DNA from: the human T2T-CHM13v2.0 reference genome, Homo sapiens
Reading direction: 5' to 3' (one strand)
Length of the DNA: 64,000 nucleotides
NCBI RefSeq assembly: GCF_009914755.1
Contig: NC_060927.1
This document shows, in pieces, positions 41,864 to 53,694 of the stretch; positions within the stretch are counted from its first letter, which is position 1, and every line of letters begins with the position of its first letter. The translations under genes and the position numbers were made by a program. The notes under the pieces are model-generated. The model was not told where the DNA came from and made no database searches. It worked only from the letters and a program-made list of their open reading frames with translations.

Positions 41864-42825
41864 AGAGACAGAGATCTAGGTGCGTATATTAAAAATAATA
41901 ACTTTTCTTTGGGATACTAACAAAAACAATAGCAATAATTATTCTTTGAAAAGAGGGAAATAAATATCCTTCCTCTACATAAATTCATATTTAATGTAGA
42001 TAAGACCTCCTTTCTAATTCCCTAGCCTATAATAGATTTTCTTTCATAGCCACACCTATATTCAGCTCAAAGGAAGATTTGTTGATTAAGGTTATAGTTT
42101 ATTCTTAGTTATTTTTATATAACTTTCAGAAGTTGATATTGAAGCTTGCAAGTTTACTTCATCTGAAAACTTTAAAAGAATAAAAAGAAAAGTTGGAGGA
42201 GGAGAGGGAAGAAAATAAGAGGAGGAAGAAGGAAAAAGAAAGAAGGAAAAACATTGCATTCCTGCCTTGGGAAACAGGACAAATCATTGTTTACATTCCT
42301 CCCACAACTTCAACTCCTATCATCATACCTAAAATGTAAACGATCTTCCCTCTGAAGGGCAAAACACAAGGAAAATGTTAATGGCTGACACAGCCATTTT
42401 GAAGACACACTACATGGAAGTCAAAGTATTCTAAAATATTTCCCTGATCTAGTAAATAAAATAGAGGATATCTCATCTTTAAAGAAATGTACAACAATTA
42501 AAATAATTTACAAATTAGATAAAAATTTTAGCAGCATTTTTGTTTTATTTATTTTGAGATAAAAGCCTGTACAACATGACAATGCTATGTTACTCGATGG
42601 TAGACAAACAAATAAAAAACCTAAAAACAAAAAAAACTCGTGATATAGAAAATGGGAGTTCTTCCTTAAAAGTTAACCTGTCTATTATATGACAGTGACA
42701 AGGGGCTGGAGCAACATGAGTTTGCATATTTATTTTTACTATAGATTTCTTTTATATATATAATATATACAAGTATATTTCTATTACCTATATACACAGT
42801 GCTGTGATATATTTATATATATTTA

Positions 42826-43037
42826 TTATTTCACTCTAATTTACAGGCTATGATATACATATGTTTAATATATGTTATATGTGATATTCTTAATATATAA
42901 TGCGTTTGTATATTTTATATATCATATATTAAAATTATATTTAATAATTAAATTATATTTTATAATAACATATTTTATATAATATATAATATTAAATATA
43001 TGTATATGTTATAGCCCTGTGAAATAGAGTGGAGTAA
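42826..43037. repeat. Imperfect inverted repeat around an AT-rich spacer
   Basis: ttatttcactctaatttacaggctatgatatacatatgtttaatat is complementary to atattaaatatatgtatatgttatagccctgtgaaatagagtggagtaa. Confidence 0.85.
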
Positions 43038-44150
43038 GTATATTTGTTCTTACATTTTTAGGTTAGAATAGAATTTGGAACATATCTATTCTTACTTATA
43101 GCCTAAAGCTTTTTGGGGAGTCTGTGGATCATATAAGCTATACTTAGTAATACTGAGACTTGCATTCTTCCATACATTGTGTGCTGAGGAAGCATTTAGA
43201 ATATCAGCTACCTCTGGAATTGTTGAAGGTTGATTTCATGTACCTGCCCTGGTGCACACACTTCCTCACAGTAATATGATTATGAAAGAACAACTTTCCA
43301 TACTTGATGTTTTACAAATTAGTATAAAGTTTGAGTTATTTAAAAATCATGATGATCTATTAGGAGAAACTGGTAAGAGAATCATAACTACATAAAGACT
43401 ACCTATTTTCTTATGAGTTTAGTAGCCTTGTTTTGAAGACAGTTACTAAAATAGGTTCTGAAATTACTTGAGCAATGGCATTATTAAGGTAAATGTATAA
43501 ACTTTAAAAGTGAATACTTTGAAAGACAATTGGTTGGTTCTCCTGTTAACTTTTGAGTAGGGACTTATTGTTTCTATTTACATTTCATATTTGAAAAAGT
43601 AACCACTCTTTAGCATTGTGAGAAAGTTTCCACAATGGCATTCTAAGAACTCAGAGATTATTATCATCTTTGATAAAAATTACATTGAGAGACAAGGGAA
43701 TTAAGAAAAACAACAAAAGTTAACAGTTGTTTGATCAGTTTGATGAACATGCTAATTACTTTGACTAATTATCACTATGTGGAAGGAGATTAATATAAAA
43801 GCATGATCAATTAAGTTATGTGGCATATATAATATACAAAAATTCCTACCCAAATATTGTACGTGATTAAAGTAATTTGCTGTTCGCTATTCACCAGGAG
43901 TTTTTATCACATTTTCTCATCTTTGAAAGATTATCTATTTTAATGACTTTTTCACAACTCTGTAAACACTACCATTTAAAAACTTAATAATATTTTCCAA
44001 AAACATAATTTCTTAAAATAGGAAGTAATGAATACCAAAATCACCTCTTAGGATTAAAAATATAAAGGCTGTGCTTATTGTATAAAAATCAGACAATTTA
44101 AGTCACGTGTTCCATAACAAGTATGTGATATTGAAAGCTGTTAGAGACAT

Positions 44151-44496
<346 letters not shown>

Positions 44497-46934
44497 TCAG
44501 ACCAACTTGTTAGTGAATATAACTAACTCTCAGCTTATGCTTACAGCTGTATATTCTTATTTATCCACCATGTTCTGTGCTTGTTCTTTGAACATCTGGA
44601 ACAAAAATAAGAAAGTATTTTCAAATAAAGTAATAAACATTTGAACACAAATCAGACAGCTTGTGAAACAAAACAAAATATTTCCATGGAAATGAAGTTT
44701 CAGACAATTTTAGGGTATTCAGACACTGATGCTAACATGTCTCTTTAGATTTAGATAGCATTTAGCATAAATATAAATGACAATTTCATTAAAATCTGAT
44801 TTCCTACAAATGTAGATTATTATTTTATTCACTTTTATTCATTTCTGCAATTCAAAACTACTGTGCCCTGTTGAATATGCACAGCATTATTCAAAATTGC
44901 AGTGCATGGCATAAATCTTATTACATGCATGAAAAAACAAACTTTTTTACAAATTATAGATATTTGCAAGCAAGGAAAATGGAGTAGACCCACATTTGAT
45001 AAGCATCAATTCAATTCATTCATGCAACTTTATAAGATACTGTCATGAGTAAAAGTGTCAGAAGAACAGATAGGAGGTCAAATAATTTCTCAGGTAAGCA
45101 TATATGATCATGTCATTAGGAAAATACTCCTCCCGATATCCTTCTTCATTTCAATTACTGTGTATTGCATAGACACATTTCTCTATGTACTTATATTAAT
45201 TAACTCATGCTAATATTTAATATCCCAAAGAAATGTCCCCCCAATATAAATAATTATTCATATATGAATCTCCTCATTGTCTTAGTTTCAGTGACCATAT
45301 TTCAGTCAGTATAATTGTCTTACTGTAAGTGATCTCTTTACAGAAAACATATAAATATGATGGTTCCCAGCATTATGATGTCATAACACCTATAAATACA
45401 AGGAGAAGAGAAATATATCTTTTAAATTGAGAGTTTATAGTTCTCTTGTGGATATCTTCCAGCTGAAGATGAGCATCTATAATTCTTCTTTGACAGAATA
45501 AATTAGAAATCCATGATTTCTATCAAGTATTATAGAAAATTTCAGATACCCTAATCCATATAATACACAAAATGAGCAATCAGACCTAATATTTATTTCC
45601 AAACTATTGTTGGCAAACACAGGTCATAGTAACAAGATAATAAATCTGACTCAGTAATCTCACTAGGTGATTACTGCCATTCAAATATAGCATTCTTCTT
45701 TACTCTTCTGTAGTTATACAACAGCAATTGATATCAACATTTATCTCCAGAAAGAAGAGAGAAAATAATGGAGTCTGAAAATAAGGCTACCCCATAGTAG
45801 ATCATTTTTTTTCCTCCTGCTATAGAAGCCACACTGTTCTTTTTCATAGATATGTCAGTTGAAGCAATTCATGTGTCATATATAGCATTTTATCTATATT
45901 CTAGCGGGTACCAACATTCTTCGATTTCCCCATTTTCCCAGCTGATAATTTACTTTTTATGATAACCATTTCTGTTTTTGAAATGTCACATGAATAACCC
46001 GATTATATCTTTAAAATGTCAAGCAGCTAAATATCATGATTTTTTGCTGTATACAATATATCACTGTTTTGCATTATGAGTATATAGTGGTTATTGACTA
46101 ACCATATGAAAGGCCATTTCCACAGTAACTTGTTCCAGTTCATAAGTGATCCATGGATGCTCTGCTATTGTAAATATGCCATTCTGTCAACCAGTTTTGC
46201 TGGAAATTGGCTACAAAATAGTTGGCTGGCACATATCAATAGTCAACCTTAAGTTTTACTGAAACAACTCTTATTCTTAGACTAATAGTGAAAATATAGT
46301 TAGAGGCTTGTATTATTTCAAGAAACTTTAGGATTTAGCAAGCAAGTTCCCACTATAAAGGATTTTATTTGACAGTAACAGAATAAAGATGGACTTGAAG
46401 CCAATTAACAGGATAGAAATGGATTTGATTTTGGACTTGTGTATGTGTGCAACACTCAGCTGTTTAATTTACTACTAGCCAATTTTTATTTAACTCAGTT
46501 GATTTACTTTGTTTTTAGATTCTATCTTTTCATTCTGTTTTTATAGGAATTAACACTTTAAAAATAAGCAAGATTATTTTACAATCTCTTGCCAAAGGCT
46601 GTTCCCTCTGAGTTTCAACACAAATGGTAGTTAAATAGGGTTTTAAGAAAGAAAAAATATATATTATATTTCATTTTAAAGTTTAAGGGCTTTGTATGCC
46701 TCTTATGGAAATAAGCCAAAATATACATTCCTCACTTGGATTTTACTTTGCTCTGTTAGTTTATTAGAGTTACAAAATTATAATCTTTAATTTTATCATT
46801 CGTTTTTCATTCCTTTACTTGGATTTTTATATAATAAGAACTTCTTGTCTACTGTTTGTTACTCAGTGGTATAATTTGTATAGGAAAAGCAGGATTAAGT
46901 GCTTTATTATTTCCCATTAATTACTAGTTTCTAT

Positions 46935-47221
46935 TTTTTTTTTTAATTTTAAGGACAGGGTATTGTTCTGTTGCCCAGGCTGATATGCAGTGGCATGAAT
47001 ACAGCTCACTGCAGCCATGACCTCCTGGACTCATGTGATCCTCCCATGTAAGCCTCCTGAGTCGCTGGGATCACAGGAGTGCACCACCATGCCCAGCTAA
47101 TGTTTAAAAAAAAAACTTTTGTAGAGATGGGTCAACTATGTTGCCCAGGCTGGTCTCAAATTCCGCTCAAGTGATTCTCCCAAAGTGCTGGGATTACAGG
47201 TGTGAGCCACCATGCCCAGCC
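46935..47221 (-). mobile_element. Alu (AluJo-like)
   Basis: J-type motifs (acagctcactgcagcc, tatgttgcccaggctgg); TSD ttaattac(t/a)agttt. Confidence 0.92.
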
Positions 47222-47259
47222 TTAATTACAAGTTTTCGAAAACAGTGAGTCATTCCCTT

Positions 47260-47545
47260 GCAATCTTCAATTATGATAGACGAGTTTTTTTTGTCCCATT
47301 ATGATCTCAGAAATACACACATATTGATATGCTTAATCCATCACAGTTTTTAAAATTGATACTACAAAGGCCCCATTTTTGGGGCTTGGTACCTTTTCTA
47401 GTTAGTTCTTAAGTCCTTTTGACATAACCAGAGTGAAATTTGATAGTTCTTTGTTCTCTGAATTGACAATATATTTCAGGTTTATACTATGTATTAAATG
47501 TCCAAGACATGGAATCAAACATTTTCTTACAAGCCTTGAGTAAAA
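47260..47545 (-). mobile_element. L1MC4/5-like 3'UTR fragment
   Basis: gtccttttgacataacc...ccaagacatggaatcaaacatttt. Confidence 0.6.
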
Positions 47546-47559
47546 AATATCATGGTATT

Positions 47560-48170
47560 TGAATGACTTCCAAATCTCTATTGCTGGGCCAAGCTAGAAA
47601 CTTAGACTCATAGTACTGTAAACAACACATAATATTGATATATGTCCCACATGTATTTCAAACTCAGCATGTTCAAAGCTGATCTTCTTATCCCCACAAA
47701 ATTATAACTATAACAAAAACAACAAATGCTTTCTTTTATGTATACTCATACCTCCAATATTAATTAATGTTGCTAACTTACACCCGGTCCCTCATGCTGG
47801 AGACTTGAGAATCATTCTAGATAATTCTTCCTTTTTCATATTCTATTCAGTCCTCAAATAGAATTAATTTTACCTCCAGAATGTTTAATTATTCTAATAT
47901 TCTATTCATTCTATCATCTTATTAACCTGTTATTTGTAACACTTTTAGAGTAATTTACACCCTTAACTGACCAGTATATACAGAACATTGCTTGGTCTAT
48001 TAAGTCATGTGAACTTTTTCCTATAGGAAGTGGAAATGTACCTGCATGGTATTCAGTCCTAATTCCCTGAACTTTTGAATCCACTTTCACATTGTAGCCA
48101 GACTATTCAGTCTGAAATACAGATATGGCAATAACTTATCACCATAGACCCCTATAATGACTCCTTATTC
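47560..48170 (+). mobile_element. L2 relic (further pieces at about 49330-49910)
   Basis: atgacttccaaatctcta...tcaaactcagcatgttcaaagctga; terminus cactcaataaatatttgctga near 49880. Confidence 0.65.
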
Positions 48171-48189
48171 CATGTTCTCTAGGATCCCT

Positions 48190-48630
48190 CTTTACATCTT
48201 CAGTGGTTCTTTTAACTCCTCACAATGACAACCTTCAGGCACAATTTAAGAATTTTTTGTTTTTCTGCTCCAAAGATATCTCCAAAGCAAGAAAAGTCTC
48301 CTTAGCCCCCGTATTGGTGCAGCCTGAAAGTGTGGGAAGTTAAAGTACTCAGTCTTTAATTAATGAGAGTAAATGTTGGTAGATATTTGGTCTGCATTAG
48401 TATAATCAGGAGGGATAACTCTAAGGGACATTCTACAGAAATCTTTAGAGGGGTGTAAGTAAAATTGAGTCCCAGTTGTCTGCTGTAGTAACCAGCTCAA
48501 TAATGGCCTTGAATTTTCTTCACTCTTCATTCGGCTCATTTCCTCTACTTTCTGGGATTTTCCCAGCAAATAAACTGTCTGCCTGCCTGCCTTCCCTCTC
48601 CTTCTGTGATTCAGGCTCTGCTCTTGAATC
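48190..48630 (+). mobile_element. LTR16-family ERVL LTR
   Basis: gcagcctgaaagtgtggga...attgagtcccagttg...ttctgggattttcccagcaaataaact...tcaggctctgct. Confidence 0.7.
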
Positions 48631-48947
48631 ACAGTCCCAATATCAGTATGTAGGCATTCTTTCCTCCTTTCTGATTATCCTGCTCACCATAAGAAGGTAT
48701 CTGATGCTGGCCAAAGCTTAAATAAAGGATTTGTAAGGAAGCACTTATAGCGTTACTGAGGTATTGGCTTTTAGACCAGAGAATATTGGTATTAACTTTT
48801 TACCTATTAAAACTTTAAAAATGTATCAATGATATAACTGAGACAATAAAAAATTAAGTGACATCTCTCAGACGACAGAATTAGCTATGGAAGACTGGAT
48901 CTGTGAGTCAGTATTATTTTTTCTAGTATTAAACCAGTTTTGAGAAC

Positions 48948-49296
48948 TGTCTTATATTATTTTGTTTTGCTATAATAGAATACCATAATCTGGGTAATTT
49001 GTAAAGAAAATAAATGCCTTATAGTCCTTGAGAGTAGGAAGTTCAAGATTGAAGGGCCCATATCTGGTGAGGGCCTTCTTGCAGAACCACAGCATGGCAG
49101 AAGGCAACATATGACAAGGGAGCACTCAAGAGAAAGAGAGCAAGAGGGGGGCACTACTCTTGCTTTTATAATGAAGCCACTTGAGTTAACAGGGACAACC
49201 CTCATGACCTAATTGCCTCTTACATGACCCTACCTCCCAATCCCATTGCATCAGATTTCCAACATATGAACTTTGGGGGCACATTCAACCACTGCA
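48948..49296 (-). mobile_element. MST (MSTC/D-like) MaLR solo LTR
   Basis: tg...ca termini, tctggtgagggccttcttgc, perfect 5-bp TSD agaac. Confidence 0.88.
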
Positions 49297-51714
49297 AGAA
49301 CTCAAAATTATAAATTGATAAATGGAACATTTTTCCCTGTCTATAATACATCAATAGCTTTCCATTGTTTTTAGAATAAAATATTCTGTATTTATGGTGA
49401 CCTAAAAAACTTTTTTCCTAATATATTCTCCACTTATCTTCTCACAATATGTTCCTCTTTGCCCTTGCTGTTAGAATTCTTGCACAGCATCCTGCTAACA
49501 TCTTAGGAACTTTCCCTTGATGTTCTGTTTTTGGGCAGTCTATAAATTTTCTCCACCTAACTAACTTCCTCGTAACTTCTAAATCTAAATTTTAATGGTA
49601 TTTCTGTGGGGAAATCTTTCTTGACCGCACAGACTTGGTTGTATTGAACTGAAGTATTTTTTAAATCTCATGTAGTTAGGAGTGATTTAAAGAATTTACA
49701 GAGTGCTTACTGCATGTCAGGAACTGTTTTAGGTTGCTGTGTATACAGCACACAAAACAGACACTTCTTGAACTCTGGTAATTTATGTCCTACTAAGCAA
49801 TTGATTAAGAGCTGTCTTTAAAACTCTAAGCCCTAGGGAAAGAAATGATGCCTGCTTTACTAACCACATAAGAAGTCACTCAATAAATATTTGCTGATTT
49901 TTGTTGATGTCTATAGAATCTTTTGAAAATATGGATAAGCTTCAGCTTCTAAGATTTCTTTTTTCTCTTGGGAGTTTATATAAATGCACACATTTAAATA
50001 TACACTTATTTAAACAAATACTTGAAAGGGTACCATACATAGGGTAATACTTGTGTGGGCCAAGAGCAAATTTCTTGAGGTACAAATCCACCTTACTCAA
50101 AGTGAACGTGCTCATCCACATTATATGGTCCTGCCCATGAGCTGGAACTTACAGTTTAACTGACTAGGACACTATTCTAAGAGAACATAAGTGTGGGTGT
50201 ATGTATTTTTGTCTGGGGGTGGATGTATTAGGAATTCTGATGCAATAATCTGATGCCTAATGCCATACAGTGCTGGAAACTCAGCATTTGTGTAAATACA
50301 CCAGCTGAAAATTTAAGGAACCACACACATCTCTTATGATATTTTAAAAATTGCTATTACTTCATTTAGTGTTTTTGGTGAATTCAGTTTCCAGTATAAC
50401 ACCAGGTTCATGTGAGAAAAAGCCATTTTTAGATGGAAAATGGAATATGTAACTTACAGGAAAAACAACTAGCTGAGAAGTAAATTATATTACTATGAAG
50501 GAAACGCAATGGTAAGAATTTATAGCATTCTTTTTTTTTCTTAAAGCAATATTTTAATGAGACAATTAAGCCTGGTTTCAATAACTTATTTTGAAATTTC
50601 ACCTCTCTAAGTCATTATTTGGTTTAGTCTGTGGCTTCCTTGATCCCGTATACTTTTACCAGAAAAATAAAACAGACACATAAAATAAAGTAAAATTGAA
50701 GAAAGAAAGCAACCTTGTATCTGCTCCACTTTGTGTTCTCAGGCTAAAAGGAAAAAGTTAGGCTTATCTGAGTTTTACAGGTATTCTGGGAATCGGTCCA
50801 TTTTGCAACAGAATCTGTCCTTTCATGACGTGTGCTTTGGGAATAGAAGCAGCTGCTGGATTGCTCTCCTGAGTCCTGGCAGTAATCAGTAAGTCACCAA
50901 TTGGTCACAAGCAATGACTTGACAAATTCGGTTTTCTCATCTCCCCCTTCTCCAAGGGGTGTGGACCCTTAGAAGCCTAACTATGCCCAGTGCTCCTAAA
51001 TAACTCAGTGTGCTACACCTATCTCGTCACTGACAAGTCACACCCCTTCTGAAAGGGCTGGCTGGATGTGCTGCTGTTGCTTCCTGGCTTATGAACTACT
51101 GGATCTTTTTACGTGGCTGCCTTAGCTGACTGTGTTAAAATAGACTCTCACAGAATAACAATTCACTCTGCCTTCAGATGCTCTCTGAAGGGCAAATGCC
51201 TCTGAGGTACTTTATAATTGTGTTACATCCTTAATTCAGTAGTTGTTAATGGTTACAAATTATCAGTAAACTTTTTTTTTATTAAATAAACAACAACAGC
51301 AACAATAAGCCCTATAAGAAAAAGACTTTCTTCCTGATCCAATTTCTATTCTGAAGAGGCTTATTATTTTGACCATATTTCACAAATTTTATTTTCTTAT
51401 TTCTTATATGATAAATCTTGTAGAATTGTTTTTTAATGTTGCTATTAAAATGTCCCACAAAGTCACTCAACTACTTTTCTAACAAAGACAGAGAAGATGC
51501 AATTTATTTCTCTTGAATAACTTAAAGCAACGTAAAGTATTTCTTTTAAAAAAGTTAACATATCTTCAACAAAGCATTTCTTGAATGTCTCAGGAATTTT
51601 ATATTGCAAAGATGAGTAAGCCATGGCCTCGGCTTCAATTTTACATATTCCAGACGAAGTGCTTACCACTTCAGAAAGGTTGACTTTTCTTGTCCTGAAA
51701 GGATTCTGAGACAT

Positions 51715-51871
51715 AATGGAAAAAACAAGGGCTTTAGGACCTCTGAGATTAGAGTTCAAATTGCATTCCACACCTACAAACTAGTAGGTGTTTGAATTTA
51801 TGCCTGCTACTTTCTCCTAGTTTTATTGTTCTCTCTATAAATAACCTAGAGGGTTATTTTAAGAATATAAC
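51715..51871 (+). mobile_element. MIR relic split by Tigger3a (resumes at about 52235-52285)
   Basis: cataatggaaaaaacaagggctttagga...gagttcaaat; diverged. Confidence 0.5.
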
Positions 51872-51873
51872 TA

Positions 51874-52232
51874 TAGTCAGGTGTCGCATAGCAATGCTTC
51901 AGCCAATGATGGAGTGCATGTACAATAGTGGTCCCACAAGATTGCAATACTGTATTTTCACTATTACCATTTCTATTAATATGTTTAATACGTTTAGCTA
52001 CACAAATGCTTACCATTATATTGTAATTGTCTACAGTATTCCTTTTAGTAACATCTACAGCTGTGCAGGTTTGTAGCCTAGGAGCAATAGGCTATACCAT
52101 ATGGCTCAGGTGTGTAGTAGGCTATTCCATCTAGGTTTGTATAAGTACGCTCCACTATGTTTGCACAATGACAAAATCTCCTGAGGACACATTTCTTAGA
52201 ATGTACCTTAGTCATTAAGCAACACATAACTT
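51874..52232 (-). mobile_element. Tigger3a-like DNA transposon
   Basis: gtttgtagcctaggagcaataggctataccatat...gtgtgtagtaggctattccatctaggtttgt; TA at both flanks. Confidence 0.9.
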
Positions 52233-52299
52233 TAGTATAAGAGAATGTTTGGCATCTTGTGAAATCTTAATAAGCAGCCATTACAACTTTCACATATTA

Positions 52300-52720
52300 G
52301 AGAGTTACCTGGGAGGATTTTGATGAATTACTCTAACAAGAAGACTACAAAATGCAATGGCTTCAACAAAGTAGAGGTAAGTGACTGTAGAAAGGTAAGT
52401 ATTTAGGGCTATTTGGGCTACTCTGGCATTCTTGTCATTCTCTGGGTCAAATATGCTATTCCAGTTTCTGTCATCTTTCTACCAGGAAAGGGGAAAAGGA
52501 TTGGAGTAGGAAGTATTTAATCCTCTTACAAATATGAAGTAGAATCGGAACCATTCTATGACACATATCGGATTTGCTGAAAGTTATTTACATGCCTACA
52601 CCTAGCAACAGGGAAGAATGATAAATATAGCATTTAGGTGGGTGGTCACATGACCATCTAAAACTCTATTATTAAGAAAGAAGAGAAGAATGGATATTGC
52701 CACATAATTAACACTCTACT
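52300..52720 (-). mobile_element. Old MaLR LTR (MLT1J/K/L-like)
   Basis: acatgcctacacctagc...ctattattaagaaagaagagaagaatggatattg similarity. Confidence 0.55.
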
Positions 52721-53694
52721 AAACTTGGTTTCTCTCTGGTTCTATTTTCTTTTCTTTTCTTTTTTTTTTTTTTTCAGTATTCTCTATAAAAAACTCTGGC
52801 TTGCAGATTACAGTGTTCTCCTTCCTGTAATAGTCATAGCCTTAGGATAATCATTAACATTATGAATTTACTGCAGTGCTACCTATGACATTTGTTGTGA
52901 ATATTGGCTTCAGTTATGGAAGACAGACTGAAAATATGTGGCCTTAACCATTCATAAAAAAGTCTTATAACACTTGTGCATCTTATTCCAGTTTACCTTC
53001 TGACAGCAGAATTTACACTAGTAAAATAAGTATGGTATACTTATTAACAATAATAATGAAAATGTGGCCTAATGAGCTCCATTTCATGTATCAGCATTTC
53101 TGTCCTACTCCTCCCCAATAATACAAGGAAAAGAAAAACAACACTCTAATCTTGACAAAACTACTGCTGATGTTAAATAATATTTAAAGTAAGGGTCTTC
53201 GTTATATGCTGGTAGCTTCAAAATTTTTTTCTTATTATAGGCTATGTGTCTTTTCTATCCTGAAATCCTTAGCATTTCCTTCAGTTTTCTCCTCCCGCAT
53301 ACTGATTAATAAATCTCTATTAATACTGCAATTAGTGTGCAGTTATTTTCCTTCCTGCTTTCTAAGAAAACAATGCTATACTTTTCCTCAACTCTGAATT
53401 ATTTTTCCACGAGCTTTGATGTCACTGCAGAAGGGAATGTTCTCATTTGCCACCCTTAAATTTTTAGTCCACTGATATCTATGTATCTCTGTCATCACTT
53501 CCTTCAAAATGAAATATTGCTTTTTAAATTGATAATAATCCTTCTACTTATGCTCTGAATTCAATTTTATTTTGCCTTGTTTATCATTTCTCTCCTTATA
53601 TTAAACCCTGCAATCCATCATCAATATTTAATTCTCTACTGGCTCATTCCCTTTGGCATACAAATGCATTTCTCACCAGCTACTGGCATTTGCA

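Noticed and set aside
43745-43880. Cluster of TAAT homeodomain cores
   Set aside because: Expected frequency in very AT-rich DNA; cannot be supported without conservation data
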